Positions 25,836-39,944 are shown, counted from the first letter of the whole stretch. The stretch: 62,976 bases of DNA, filler included, from Folioceros fuciformis (GCA_049999805.1; 8 parts of 8 records of this genome joined end to end with filler, not necessarily neighbours in it), one strand, 5' to 3'. Notes: a model not told the origin generated them from the sequence alone. Numbers and translations are program-made.

Positions 25836-28000
25836 CCCCTTGTTGCGTGCTCTTCCTAGCCCATAGCAGCTCCTCAAGTTCCCATTGCGAGCTCTCCAGG
25901 TCCATACTGCTGTCCTCTTGAAAGTCTGTTGGTAGAGGCACTATCTCCAGGGCCTCACGGTCGTCATCATGTGGCCCAAGATACCTTCGCCTTGCCAATG
26001 CTGCCAGTTCCTTGTGATGAGCGAGTAGACGTTGGTGTAGGTGGAGGTTTGAGCTAGATCTATGGTATCCATGTCAACAACCCAATCCCCACCCTCGCAT
26101 CTACTCTTGTAGATATCCCGTTCAGCCTCCATCGCCCCTACCTTCAACTGTAGGTCAAGGTTTTCTTGATGAGTTGCATGAAGCTTGGTCATGCACCTCG
26201 TCAAGTAGGCATAGTCAGCACGAAACCTACGAGCTTGAACCACCAACATCCATTGAATCTTGGTTTGATGCTCAGCTTCTTGTTGTGCTTTCTCCTGCTG
26301 AAGGTCTTCTAATTGGATGGTCAATTGTTCTCTCTCCACTCGCTCTCGTTGCCCTGCTTCAAGTCGTTGCTGGAGTTCCTGATTCGCTTTAGCATTCTGT
26401 GCCTCCAACTCATCTAGCTTGCCTTGTAAATCCTTTGCAACGTAGAGTTGTTCCCGTAGCTGTTCCTTCACCACCCTCTTAGTTTCCTCAGACTGGGTGA
26501 GGTCCTTGCGACATGCAATGATCTCATGTGATAAACCTTGTGGAGAAGTTTGCAACGTGGTCACCTGTTGGGTCAACTTCTCCAGTCTTTGCCTTTGCTC
26601 ACCATCCTTGAGGAGATACTGTTCTCGCTCCTTTTCCAATTCCTGCACTTTGGATTCTAGTCGTGCCTGGTTTGCATCCCGACTTATGTCCTCCTGTAGT
26701 AGGGTTGCAATCATTGCATGGGCCTCTCCCCAATTGATGTGTTGTAGCTGTTGGCCACACTGAATGATGTTGCTCCACACTCCCAACGAAGTATCGTTAC
26801 CTTGGCTTGTGGCGTGTGCTCCTCGGGCTGCTTCCCAATTCACTGGGCTCCTTCTTCCCAAATCTGGTGCTGCACTGTGTGCTTGCACTACTGGTGTCAT
26901 CGCCAAATCCCCTACCTAGTACCCTACCTCAACTATTGGCTAGCTTGGTCCAGGATCCCTCACTGTCTCCATCTCAGCTGGGGCGGAATTTAGGGCTGCG
27001 GGGGTGGTGGCTGATGGTAGCCTTTGGTCCCTTTGCTGCTCCCTAGGTCTCCGTATCAACGGGGTGTCATCTTCATCAGACTCATCATAGGCTGCCATGG
27101 CTGATTTGGAATCAAGTGGGGACTCCTCATCCGTAAGAGGGGTTGACACTCCACCGGAAAGAAAAGCCTCCCCTTGCAACGGGACAACTACAAAAGGTTG
27201 TTCCGCCTCCTCTAACTCCTCTTGTGTTAACAACCCTTCTGTCTTCCACAAGTGCACCAAGTAAGTCGAGAGGTAGCAAGGACGTGCACTTCCCCCCTCC
27301 CTACCGTTCGGCTTGAGCAACTTCTCCCTGTGGTAGGTATACACCTCATACATAATTAACCCCCAGTCTGGCTATCCTTGAGTCACTCTCCAAAGGAAGT
27401 GGAGGAAAGCATTGCTGAAATATGAGGTGCGTTGATAGTTCACCAATCCAAGAACCGCCTTAGTGAACAACCGCCATTTGAGCTCCTTGATCCTCTGGTC
27501 CTCCACCCGTTCTTGGTTCTTGCTAGCTCTCCTGCCAACAGCAATTCTAGTGCCCCAGATGGTAGGGTGGTGCTGGGTGACTCCGCCCATCTATGGTTTT
27601 ATCCAGGATCCTAATACCATCGCTCTCCTCTTCCGACCTACCATACACCTATCGGATGCTCCGGACAGTCCAACACCGAGGGTTAGTCCTCGAGTTTCAT
27701 TCAGGTAGGGCTTCCAACTCCTCCTTTGATTGCTGTAGGTTGGTATAGCACTCCTTCACCAAGCCTTCATGAACATACGACCAGTGTCTGCCATATATCC
27801 AGTCAAGTTGGATGTTTGCGTCACATGCCCAAGTCCGTAGGTCTATCAAATCCCTTGAGTTCAGTGGGCCCCCAAAGCAAGAAAAGGACGGAACATTGGT
27901 TTGGGAAGAGCTGGCTGCCCTCGTGGGTCGTCCCCTACTATCGGAACCCACCTAAGTATTGTTGGAGGTCCGCGCCATAGTTGATAGAAGAAAACCCCAA
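25836..28000 (-). mobile_element. Interrupted retrotransposon-associated accessory ORF (globular N-terminal part, acidic linker, long coiled coil)
   Basis: Collinear minus-strand ORF pieces 27697-27951, 27372-27590, 26940-27353 and 25941-26906, intronless and broken by stops/frameshifts. 'PDWG..YLSTYLVHLW' resembles plant TE accessory proteins; Q/E/L heptad region; lies among Copia debris. Confidence 0.5.
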
Positions 28001-28714
28001 GAATGTCGGTTGCCCTCCTTTACGCAAGGTTATACCCCTACCTCCGTAGGCAACTGCTCCCAGCTTCTGTGCAGCTGATTTCACGTCCCTTGCACGTTTC
28101 TCCCTATGGCTCTCACCACAACAAAGCCCTTTCTCTCTCTTTGAGTCCGCTTGGTCACAACAAGTAGGTCCCCGGCGTAGGTGTCTTGTCGCACAACTAC
28201 TTCCTTATTCCCCGCTATGTAGGTAGATGTAGTTCCCTACGTGGAGGTGAGCACCCTTCGTTGATGGGACACCTTAGGTAGGGACCCCTTTAAATACCCT
28301 CTTGTCGTAGGTACACTTCTATATGTAGTAACTGCCCTTAATAGATACCATACATAGGTGTCCCCTTTTCTGTAGGTAGCTTGCTCTTCACAACTATATT
28401 TCTTATTTGGGTACTACCTCCCACAGAGATATCCTCCCTACGTGGGCATACCTCCCTATAGGTAGCCATCCCAAAGAAGGTAACTTCTTTATAATACTGC
28501 CCCTTATTATCGCAACTCATCTAACCTACCAAACCAAGCCCAAACAAAACTGAAAATGATATTAGCTGCTCCCTGCCTACTGCGGGTATTTGCCAAAAAC
28601 CCGCATTCCACACTTCACCTCCACTTGTCTTGTACGAGCATGTGCGATAGGATTCCTGGCTATGGCAATGGCAGACTGATTGTCGCAGTACATTGGCGTC
28701 AGCTCCTACTGCTG

Positions 28715-29270
28715 GTAATCTAGAGTTTCCAAGAAATTCCATAAGTGCATAACTTCTTGAGCTGCAGTTGTGGCTGCCGCATATTCGGCCTCCGTAGACA
28801 ATAATGCAACCACTGTTTGCTTCTTTGAAGACCAGCTAACAAGCCACACACCTTAATACAATATGCAGATATGGACCTACGTGAGTCCTTATCACCAGCC
28901 CAATCAGAGTTCGTCTTGCATTCCATCCAAGTTCTTCCATCAGCCCCTTTCTTGCTATACAAATGTCCTAGGTCAGATGTGCCTTTCAAGTACCTAAGGA
29001 CACGCTTAGCAGCTATCCAATGCTGTTGTCCAGGGTTGGCTAAGAATTGTGAGGCAATTGATGTTGCATGGGCAATATCTGGTCAGGTCCAGCCACTCAG
29101 CCATAGCAAACACCCTACAAGAACTCTGTATGGTATATTCTCCATCTCCTTCTACTTAGCAATTGTCTTGGGACATTGATCTTGTGTCAAGGTAGCCCCC
29201 ACTGCAGCTGGAGCTGTTGCTGGCTTCACATTTTGCATATTGAACTTCTCAAGTAATCTGTTCACATAAT
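28715..29270 (-). mobile_element. Ty1/Copia reverse transcriptase-RNase H remnant
   Basis: IPYRVLVGCLLW, PDIAHATSIASQFL, PGQQHWIAAKRVLRYLKGT and SDWAGDKDSRRSISAY; frameshifted. Confidence 0.9.
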
Positions 29271-29608
29271 GCTGCTAGTAAAACGGCCACCACGACCCCC
29301 TCTTCCTCCTCTGCTAGCATAAAGGACCTGGTTGTGCGAACCTTGGCCTCCACGGCTTGAGTGCATGGTAGCTTCCTCCTCAAGCAAAGCACCAATTGTG
29401 TTGGATAAGGACACAGTAGCAGTCCTCAAGCTGCTGTTTTGTGTGCTGACAAATACCCGATATTTGTCTGCAGTGACATGAGCAGAGCCGTGACTGTCGT
29501 GCCTACGGATGCCAGCTTTTGTTTAAGGTGGCGAAATTGCATCACATGCTCCTCAACACTATTCGTGTCCTTCACCTTACAGTTCCAAAAGGATCTGGTG
29601 GCATGTAC

Positions 29609-30150
29609 TGTTAGAAATCAAGCTCTAACTGAATTGTTATTAAGAGCATACAACACTTAGGATAGTGTAGATTATCCCATATTGAACTCGTAGTTATCTA
29701 TCACCTAAGTGTTATCAGGATATACTAGGATATTGCACCCTTGAGACTAAGGCTTACCTTATCGAGGGTTGCCCCGCCTGAAGGCTATATATGTAGCATC
29801 CTGTGCACCATAAATAAGGAACTGTGGAGTCCTTCTAGGCCTGTGGTCCTATTTCAACATGGTATTAGAGCCAGAGAGAGTGCCGGCGGCCATTGCAGTT
29901 ATGGCGGGGGTTTCAGGCTATGGCCGTGAGCGTGAAGGTGGCTGGCAACCCAAGCCATTGAGAGGCGGAGGAGGCGCAACGGCGTAGGCGGCGTAGGAAG
30001 CTGTAACAAGCGCTACAGGCACAAGAGCGCGCGAGAGGCGCGAGAGGGAGAGAGACTCAGGAGGAGCAGCAACTACTAGAGGCAACCAGGCCTAGAAGCC
30101 ACGGCAGGCCCAGGATTTGCGAGGAGGAAGGCCTGAACTTGGCAAACAGT
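29609..30150 (+). mobile_element. LTR retrotransposon 5' end: ~250-bp LTR, tRNA-iMet PBS and start of a decayed gag
   Basis: TGTTAGA at 29609 ... TTTCAACA at 29859, internal TATATAT, then TGGTATTAGAGCC (29860-29872, one mismatch to the Met-i PBS TGGTATCAGAGC) and an ATG at 29901. Confidence 0.75.
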
Positions 30151-30250
30151 NNNNNNNNNNNNNNNNNNNNNNNNNNNNNNNNNNNNNNNNNNNNTTAATT
30201 AATTAANNNNNNNNNNNNNNNNNNNNNNNNNNNNNNNNNNNNNNNNNNNN
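30151..30250. other. Artificial contig linker
   Basis: N-run with central TTAATTAATTAA. Confidence 0.97.
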
Positions 30251-33200
30251 TTCCCATATCATTCACTTCTCCCGGATGTCCTTGCACTTCCATAGGCTCC
30301 ACAGTCCGATTCTGTACGTTCATGACAAGTTCTTTATCTCTAATCACAAACCCTCTTTCCTTACACACATGTCTCCACTCTTCGTCAGACAGTTGTAACC
30401 TTTCTTCCCTTGCTTCTACCCCTACAAATGTTTTGTGTCTCTTATCAATGTCCCCGTTAAGATCTGCATTTCCAACTTCTTCCTCTACCTCTCTACCTAA
30501 AACACTCACCCTATGCGAATTTCCTCCTTCCTTCATCCAACGCACTACCTGAGACATAACTCCCCCCCAGACTCTTAGCGTTTCCTCCTTTACTATTCAT
30601 CTTTGACTGCCCAACCTTTTTCTTAAATCCTCTATCTGAACTCTTATCTTCCATTACTCTCTTATCACCTCTCCCAAATTTTACATTGTCAGTCTCACTT
30701 CTCGACCTAGGCAGCACACCAGCTCACTTAACACTCGCCCGCGTCACCCTGACACCTTTGATCACAGGTCTCCTCATGTTAAAAGTTTAGCACCAATTCA
30801 AATGAAAATTATCACGTTAGAGTCTGATAACTTTTACAGCCAATCAAGTCTTACATTGGTTTGTATCCAAACTAGCACAGATACAATGTAGAATATACTA
30901 GCTCAAAAATTGGATGCCTGGTAGCATTCCACACTTAGTTCACTTCTCCTTCTTTTCTTTCTAAACACGCCACTAAACTTTTCACATCTGAAAAGTGTCT
31001 TCCAAGCACTATCAAATCATCACATAATGCTTCAAGCTGGCTCTAACTGCCCAGTCTAGAACACCTATTATGAGGCGCCGCAAACTTTGCTGTCTTTCCT
31101 TTTGCTCTTCTTCCTCCTTGCAAAGCTCTCGATCCTCCTTCGAAATTTGCTCGCCCAACTCCTTTTCCTCTTCTGCTTTCTCCAAACTGCTCTTCTTCAG
31201 TTCAATCTCCTCACCCTATTGAGTCCCTCCTGCACAACTTTTGCCACTCTTACAGCAACAAAGACTTACCAGCTATTTCTACCCAGCCAAATGGCAAGTT
31301 CCATTTATCATTTCCAAACAAAAAACTTGTACATGCAAACAAAACTTTAACCCTGTCTCACTATTGAGCTCCCTCTTTGTCACAGAACCTCCCTCACTAC
31401 TACTACTAATCGATTTCACACTAACATTCTCAACTGCAGCTTCTGATGCAAACTTCTCTAGCTTAAGTCTTTTAGACCTTCTCACAAGAAGGTCCCCAAT
31501 CACCGCACCCTCACCAACCTTCCATCTGGCATAGCCCCTGTGATATGTCCTTCCTCTCCCGGCCTGGTAACTTGAGCTCCTCCTAGGCAGGTCTCGCTCG
31601 TGATAGTCTTCGACTCGTCTAGGCCCCTCTAAAACCTTTCTCTTGTTCCCCACTCCACTCTTCACCTATAGCGACTCGTTCTTTTTGAGTTGCTGGTACT
31701 GTCTCGTAATAACCTCCTAGGCAATATCTAGCTGTCTACCTTTGAGGGTACTGAAGATGGAAGTCGCCCCACCTTCCAATAGTACCTTTGTGGATACAAT
31801 CTCCTCCAGTTGACACCTTTTCTCCACTTCTCTCCTTCGCAAGTCCTTCAGCAGCGCTGCAAGCCTGACTCTCTCTGTTGTTTGCTCAGCAATCTTTGCT
31901 ATAAGTTCCTTCACCTCTCGCAGCTTTCGCAGCTCCTCCCTGGAAAACCTGTGCGTTTGCAGCAAGTTCCATTGAGGTGGCAAAGAATCATGGTCACCGC
32001 CATAAAATCCCTCCTCCGCTCCAACGTTCGCGTCTTAAGCAAGTTCTTTCTTCCACTCTTCGCCGTGTTTCTCCTGCCCTGGTCCTATATCTTGCTCAAT
32101 CCTTCCTGACACCAACAATTTTGTACGTTTTCTGCTCCCCCCTTGCCAACTCCTTACTGGCGCTACTCACCTCTTGTGACGAAGAATTGTATTCTAACAA
32201 CCGTCTTCACCTCGGCCTTGGCAGTGCCACTGGCGAAACCTCTTCGTGCACCAACTCGATATCTGGTGCTGCAGGTGTAATTGCGGGGAATGTAAGTTTC
32301 ACTGGTAGCTCAGGTTCTTCTTCCACCGAGTGCGCTGCTGCAGAACCTCCCGCTAGCAGCCCACCACCTTCCTCAGCCATTGGTGCTGTTGGCGACACCT
32401 TCTCCAAGAATTTGCCTCCCACTCCTGTTGCCGCAACTAACGCAAAATCCTCTGGTGCTGCACCTTCCCTACCCGCTGTCAGCACCACAAAAAGGCTTCT
32501 TCCTAGCAGTGCATCTCTCTCGCCTACTGTCGGCACTGCCAAAAAATCCCTTTCTGGAAAAACATTTTCCTTCAACGTGTGTTTCTTGCTTGCTAAAACG
32601 TCCTCCTTCGACAACCCGCTCTCCTTAGGCGCGTCTTCCCTGCAGGCTAACAACGCTGTCACAAAATTCTCCTCTGATGTTGCAGTCTCCTTCCCCTTTG
32701 TCAGCACTACTGGAAAACCCTCTCCCGATAGTCCACCTTCGACCCCTCCCACCAATGTCATCGGAAGGGCTCCTGCCAAAAACCCACCTTCCTCTCCTTC
32801 CTTGCGTGCTACTAGCGCATCACCCTTTAGCAGCTCGTTCTCCACTCCAGACTCGTACACGACCTCCTTCCTGTTTCTTGGCAACACTTTGGCTTTTTCA
32901 ACCTCCTGAATTGTAGGTGGAGCGCTTCTTGTAGACTCTGCCACACTTTCTTGCTCACATGCGGTCGGCGGCAATTCCTTTGACAAAACCTCACCGCAAT
33001 CACACCGCGCCCCTTTCTCTTGCTCGTGATCCGTCAAAACAATGACATCTGCTTCTCCAAACTTCCCCGCGCCAGTTTTTCCCTTTCCTTCTGACCAAGC
33101 TACAGCCGGACTACCCGTCACTGTAGGCAGCACATGTGGTCCGCATACGTTTGCCACTACGTCTCTCAGCCTTTCCAACCTAGGACTTAGGCCGCACATG

Positions 33201-33600
33201 AGCCTTTCCAACTCCGCCTTCTGCTCTTCAAGCTGCTAGAGAAGTTGAGCCTTCGTGACCCTGCCCACATTCGCTGCTCCGGAGCGACCTTTTGCTTGTT
33301 TCTTGTTGCGCGCCCTAGAAGCTCCCGAACCCCCTGCAGACTCCTTCCCCTTGCCCGCCATAGTTGCGTCTTCCATTGCTTTGCTCTCTTCGCAAAGTTC
33401 TCCACACGCACAGTCTCGCTATCTCACGCTCCATCGCCTTAAATTCCCTCTCTAGTACCACGGCACAACCTCTCTCTCTCTCTTCATCTTTCAACAAGAT
33501 GAAAGAAAACTCTGCTCATACCTTGACTCAACACATCTTGACCTTGGCAACCTTCATCCCCAGACAAAACTTTTTAGAAACGCCTGCTTCACCAACACTC
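30251..33600 (-). mobile_element. Decayed E/K-rich intronless reading frames, probably the internal region of a retroelement
   Basis: Strong purine skew on the minus strand with ORF pieces 32207-33211, 31717-31983, 31279-31665 and 30251-30717. No introns and no recognisable host domain. Confidence 0.4.
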
Positions 33601-36600
33601 TTGCAATCCCTCTAGCCTACTCACTGCTTAGCCCTTCTCCACAATCACGTTCTCAATTTTTCCAAGCACCCTTCAAACTTCAACAAGGCCACCCATTCAA
33701 TCACAAAACTGACAAGATAACCTAAACAACACTTTGCAACACCGCCACAACACCCTCACCTAGCCACTCTTTTCTCAAGCAAAACACTTTGTTCTCAAAA
33801 CATGAGAAACCCATACACATGCTCGACTTCCAACGTTCAAGAGCCAAATATTCTTTTGATAGTAACAAGTTTTAAGATGTCAAGTTGACTATGCTTTGCA
33901 TCACGTCATTGCGTTGTTCTTCGAGGCAAATATCTGTGCATATACAAAGTTGTAAAGCAAAACCTTTGATTCAATTGTTTAGTCCGCCATGAGCTTTAAA
34001 AGTGAAAGATTCTGTAACACTTTGTGCGTAGTTCTCTATCTCAAGCTTTCTAAGCGAACTATCAAAAGAATGTTCGATCATTCTTGCCTCATCACTATAT
34101 ACCTACACCATTCCGTTACCAACCACCTAGATGGTCATTCTCAAACCGTTATCAACTGTCCACAAAGTTAACCACTGAAAACTGTACTCTCCAACCGTTC
34201 CTTCGTGAGAACTTTTGCTTGTCAACTATTTCTTTAGTCAAAATGTAGGGGATTTACCCTTTCTGCAAGCATATTTACCTCAAGTAAATAGCTTACGCAG
34301 TCGCGACCTACACAGTAAGTTCACACAGATGCAAAACTCTAATAGACTTTTCTAAGTCATGACACGGTGTATGTTATGGGTACAGAACTCCACATTGTGG
34401 GCGTGTTACGTGAGTGTCATACCATTACTGAGATACACTAACCCCTATTATAGCACTTGTGTACGGCCGCCATGGTTGAACAACAATTTTGCAGCATATG
34501 GGCCTGAAAGCACGAATTGCAACGCGTGTCTAGGACGAATCCAAGTTTCTTGAGGCATTCACACACTTGAGCTTCATTCAGCCCCTTGCAGCTCTGTCGT
34601 GTTAGAGGAAGAGGGAGAGAAGGAGGTAGGATTGTAAAAGGCCAAAAAGGAGGTGGGAGGGGGGGGGGGGAAGGGTATGACTATGTAGCAGTGTAGAGGG
34701 TCATTGTGCTTGCCGAGGTGTACTACCTATTGCCTGTCATGATGTGAGCCGGTGGAACTTACAGGGTGTAAGGCATTATAGCTTGATTGCCAACTAACGA
34801 GTTAGTAAGTTTAGTAATTGCATAGGAGTCATGGAGGGTGTTCCACCCACAGCAGGTTGAGTCCACTCCTCCCATGTAGGAACAACACCTATTGTATGAA
34901 GTACTAATGGAATAAGTGTCGTCGCTAAAGGAAGAGCTTCAAAACTCCTAGGGGATTCCCACCACATCATTGAAGTGACACCACCCTTATTCACATATTT
35001 ACACCAATTATATATCAAAACAAAATGTATGAGGTCACAATGCAACAATTCACTTAACATCCTACATAATAAAATATTCTAAATCTTGAGTACGCCAATT
35101 TTGTACATAATCTAAACTTGCGAGGTTTAAGCATTATTGTTTCCTTTTGAGAGTTCCGATATTTTTCATATTGATTATACAAAGTGTACAACACAATCCT
35201 AAATTAGAAGATTAATCGATAGCATCGTGGAGGGCACAAGCATGTAGTAGTAAAAATTGTGGGTACTTGTAGGAATAAGGGCAATAGTTATAACATAAAG
35301 CCTCCTATAAACTAGAGGACACATAATTCCCAGCGTCAATAGTGATTGGTCTTAAGCAAGACTATCTATGCACCCAAACTTGAATAGGCCTAATTGTAAA
35401 GTCCCATTGAGCTCAAGTTTGTATATCACTCCACTATCTGAAGTAGGTTTCATTGTAGAGTTTTAATGAACTTAAGTTTGGTTATCATTGAACCCAAAGA
35501 AGGACATGAAGATGCTTTTGATATACTATCCAAAAAGTCTTTGCAACCTTGGCACATATGTCACTCATACAAGGACATATAACAAATCACTCTAAAAGAG
35601 ACATTTTAAAAGCAAAAGTCTCCTTGGTTAGTCATAGGACACTCTTTTGGTTGAGCTTGTTCTTAGAAGCAATGTTTGTGTTTCAAGTTCAACATTTTTG
35701 TCCATAAGTTTTTGGTCAATGTGTTATGGTTTTGACAGTATTCAGAAATTTTTAGTCTTCCTTCTCAATCGTATGTCAATCTATATTTCTTATTCACAAA
35801 AAATTTTAACATCCTAAAATAATTTTAGCATCACTTGCTTCTTACATTATAGGCTAATGTCTTTTAATATGATGAAGTCATAGGTAATATATCAAAAATA
35901 ATAAAACTACTATATAAGAAAATATAAATAAAGTAACCTAACTATCAAATATATATCTAGTTTAGATTATATATCATAAAATATATATCTAGTTTAGATT
36001 ATATTAAAATAATTACATGGACCATCCGCATAGGGAGTAGATGTACCTATAAGGCAACACTTGTGTATAATTATGTACTCTTTGGTGGCGTGAAAGAGAT
36101 TTTGTTAGTGGGGTTCTGTGTTTTTGGTTTCGTTCGAGGATGTGCGTCTGAACAAAGTTCATGGTGCTTGCAGCTATGTTCTGACCTTCCTTCGCGCTTG
36201 CCCCGTTTGCTGTCCGCGCTGCAAGAATGACGAACTCTAGGGTTTTTTTGTGCCCGTCGAGCAAGTGACACTTGGGTTACGGGGAAGCGAAGCTAAGTTT
36301 GGAGGCAAACCGATGGGGCTCTTTTGTTCTTCGACCAGCATGGGCTTTTTTGGATGTTTCGAAGTATGACTTGGTGAGGGATCCGCGATAGAACTCAGCG
36401 CGCAGACATTGCCCGACGCGAATGGTTTCGTAGAGCCAATAAAGTGGTATTGGAGAAGTCGCTGCAACACGACGGATGACTGTTCGCCCGAAGCACTGGG
36501 AAGTGTGAGAAGGTTGACCTGTAATCCTGTGGACGCCAGGAGGTAGGTATGCACCTGACTGAAAGGCTGTTGGTGACGGTGACCAGAGCGTCTGGGAGCA

Positions 36601-36639
36601 ACAGTCCTGCCAGCAGACCTATCATGGTCTGTGGCAGGT

Positions 36640-39600
36640 ATGGAGAGAAGTGAGCCATCTTTGGCCCCAGAATGGCTCAAGGGAGCCAGTGGCGGAAGTG
36701 GGGTTCCCCACCACGCCCACGCCCAACCTCTCAGCCATCAAGGTATACCTTCGAGTCTTCCAGGTTGTTCTTGGTTCTGAGTAGTTTTTCTAAAGGATGT
36801 CTTCTTGCACGTCAAGTAGCACGATTGCTGATTCAATTGAGCTCTTTCGCTGCTGTTTAGTTTGTCATTTTTGTGGGTTTCGGTCCCTGCCTCCAGCGAA
36901 GCTTGATCTGCCGTGTGTGGGCAATTCAGTCTATGCAAAGTTCATGGTTCCCTTTTAAAACCCCTGTTAGTTCCCGAAAAGTTTCTTCCTCATTTTGGCG
37001 TCATCTTCCTCAGTGTTCCTGAGGAGGAAAACATCCAACAGGTTCAAGATATCGAGGATGCTGGTATGCTTCTATTTTTAGGGCATGCACTGCAATGTAA
37101 AAAGGTCCCTGTTTGGTTTACATGCTGTGCACAGAGCTTGAAGCGTTTTCTGAGAACGTCTTGGTTTTACGTTTGGTAATTCACTGGGGTCAGCATGCGC
37201 AGTATATGGTGAGGCTGAGGTTTAGGTCTTGCTTGTAATTTGAGTGTGCGAGTTCCTCCCTGTTAGAATGTTTCCTCATTGAAAGCTAACTGTTTTGCTG
37301 TTCTGGATGTTAGTGAAATTTGTGTCATGTGCTCATATTCACTTGGCTTGGCAGACGAGAGTGGGAGCGGGTTTTCGTCTAGACAACGGTCACAATCTCA
37401 TGGTTCAACGGTAGCTGGACATGGAGATTATGATTCTCCACGGTACTTGGGCTCTTCTGAGCGCCTTTTTTATGCTACTGTTAGAAGAGGAAGTAGTGCT
37501 GGAATTGCAAATGAACGCCCAAGCTATGAAAGGGATTCATTTTCCCATTCCAGGCCGTACTCTAGCTTTGGTAGGAGTTCATCCTATCGTGTGTATGACG
37601 GATTAGATCGTGATCGTGAAGGGCAGAGGGATCGTGACTGGGATTGGGAGCGAGATAGAGATCGAGAGTTTCGTGATAGAGAAAGAGAGAGAACAGTGGC
37701 ATTTGGTGTCGGAGATGATAGGGATATAGAGCGTGAGCGTTCAGACACAACTTTTCGAAGGCCAACTACTTCAGGAACTGCAGGCAGGTATGAGTCAGAT
37801 TTGGCTCTACGGCGATCTCAGTCTCTCGGTTCAAACAGGGGATCAGAGAACGGGGAGAAGAAAGCTGTAGGTGAGTTAGGTGGACTCCCAACAGCAGCCC
37901 CAGCAGTCAGTAGTGTTAGTCTCACTAGCAGTATGCAAAAGGCTGCATTTGAACGAAATTTTCCTTCTCTTGGGGCTCAGGAAAGGCAGAGCGCTATTCA
38001 GTCTGGCACTGGGAATGTAGCAGCGCTGAGTCCTCGACCTTCATGGCAGGGATCCACTTCACGACCAGATGGAAGAACTGGTGCTTCTCCTGGGATGACA
38101 TCCACTCAGGGTGCGATCTCTGGAAGTTCTTCAGCTGGTGGTGTTGTGAGCATTGGGGCAGAAGGGTGGAACTCGGCTCTTGCTGAAGCACCCTCTGTTG
38201 TGAGCAGCACGGTCCCAGTAAATAATGGGGTGTCTCCAGGAGTGGCCACTGTAACAACTATAAATCCAACGCCACACTCAGGAGGCTCTTTATCAACCTC
38301 GTTGAGTGCTCCAAAGATGGCTGAAACTTTGGCTCAGAATCCATCCCGAATCAGGACTCCCCCCCAGGTGAGGCTGCTGTTCCTGTGTGTTATTTGCTGG
38401 CCTTTCATCAACTTGCCTGACTCACAAATATGGTGCCATGTTAACTTTCGCCATTGTTAACCTTGTTCCCAGTTTGTGGTGGAGGCCCAGACTCAGAGGC
38501 TTGAGGAGCTTCAGTTCAAGCAGTCACGCCAGCTTGTTCCTATCAAGCCATCTTTTCCAAAAACAATGGTACATACACTGTGACCAATGTCAAAAAGTAT
38601 GTTCGAGCTCTATGAGCAGTGTCTCTGTTTTGCAAGTAGTCATGCAAATTGTTCTGCAGGGAGTAAGCCCAAGGGATAAGTCAAAGACTAAGGTGGTGAG
38701 AGCTGTGGACGTCGTTGCACCAATTCCAACAAAGTTGTCCCAGCCTTCAGGCTCTTCACAGCTTCTAAGTGCACCTTACCGGCTACCAGCTGCCATGGCA
38801 AGATCCGAGACATTGAAGGCAGCCCCACCTGGGAAGCTTCTCGTAAACAAGGCAAGGAAAGAGGCAAATCCTGGCACTGTACTAACAGCAACGTCCATGA
38901 AGGCCGATAACATCCCAGCCAGTGCTGGAACAGTGGGTACAGTGGTGGCAGGCTTGGTATCCTCAAGTTCTGTGGCAGCAAATACTTTGGCAGCTCCTCC
39001 TCGAAAGCAAAAGCAGTTGCTGGACCGGAGAGCAGTGCCGATCACCCCTATTTCTGTGTCTTCAGGCTTAGAGGCTGGCAATGGACTACGGATGAAAGAT
39101 GCAACTGATGATAAAAGGCCTCCTGCACAGGTCCAAAATCGCAGTGATTTTTTCAATGCCCTGAGGAAAAAGGCAGCGGGAGTTGGTCTTGTCTCAGGTA
39201 ATATTGAGAAGGCAGAGGTAGCTCTCGCGAAAGGTGATGATAATATTGTGAAGGACCTCAGAAATTCACTGCAGTATGATTTTTCAACAGACAGTCCCCA
39301 GTTGGCAGGTTTTGATGTCAAAGAGAACGGTGTAGAGAGCTCGGGATTAGAGGATCCTACTGACACTGTGGCGAACCACGCATCAAGTGATCTTGGGGAA
39401 GAGAACTTGCACAATGGGCTTTCGGTAGAGGGCTTCAATGAATTGTCTGAAAGGCCCAATGATCTACGCGATCTCTCTGCCTCAAGGCAAGGGGACTCTG
39501 TGGTTGGTGGTTCTGAAGAAGAAGAGGCAGCATTTTTGCGGTCATTGGGTTGGGAGGAGAGTGCAGAGGGTGGAGAGGAAGCTCTTACTGAGGAGGAAAT

Positions 39601-39944
39601 CAATGCTTTCTACCAGGAGGTAGATTATTGGTGTCGACTATTCAGCTTTTGGTTTCTGTGATTCTGCATTGGGCTTAGTGCTTTCATTTTGGTTGGTACA
39701 TTTATTTAGGTTTTGTGGAGTTGTTGGACTTGCCCGTACACATGCATGGTTCAGTTTCTCAGGCCTCTTTCCTTTGGAATGTTTGCAGCGCATGCAGTCA
39801 ATGTCCAAAAAGCCGTCTCTTCACAACCCCCGAAGTCACAGGCTAAAACCCTTGGACTTGTTTGTGGGCAGCATTGGCAGTATCTCATCAGGCCTGAGTA
39901 CATCAGACAGCGAGTCCGATGAAGAAGTACACACTCGCTGTTGA
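36640..39944 (+). CDS. Conserved disordered plant protein (At1g36990-like family) with vasculin/GPBP1-like motifs, 5 coding exons
   Basis: Exons 36640-36742, 37355-38367, 38473-38568, 38660-39619, 39789-39944. Motifs EPSLAPEWLK, FERNFPSLG, RLEELQFKQSRQLVPI, NRSDFFNALRKK, EEEAAFLRSLGWEE and LTEEEINAFY; RD/RE-rich tract. Confidence 0.82.

Noticed and set aside
31977-32909. 310-aa Ser/Pro-rich plus-strand ORF
   Set aside because: Likely an antisense shadow of the minus-strand E/K-rich frame.
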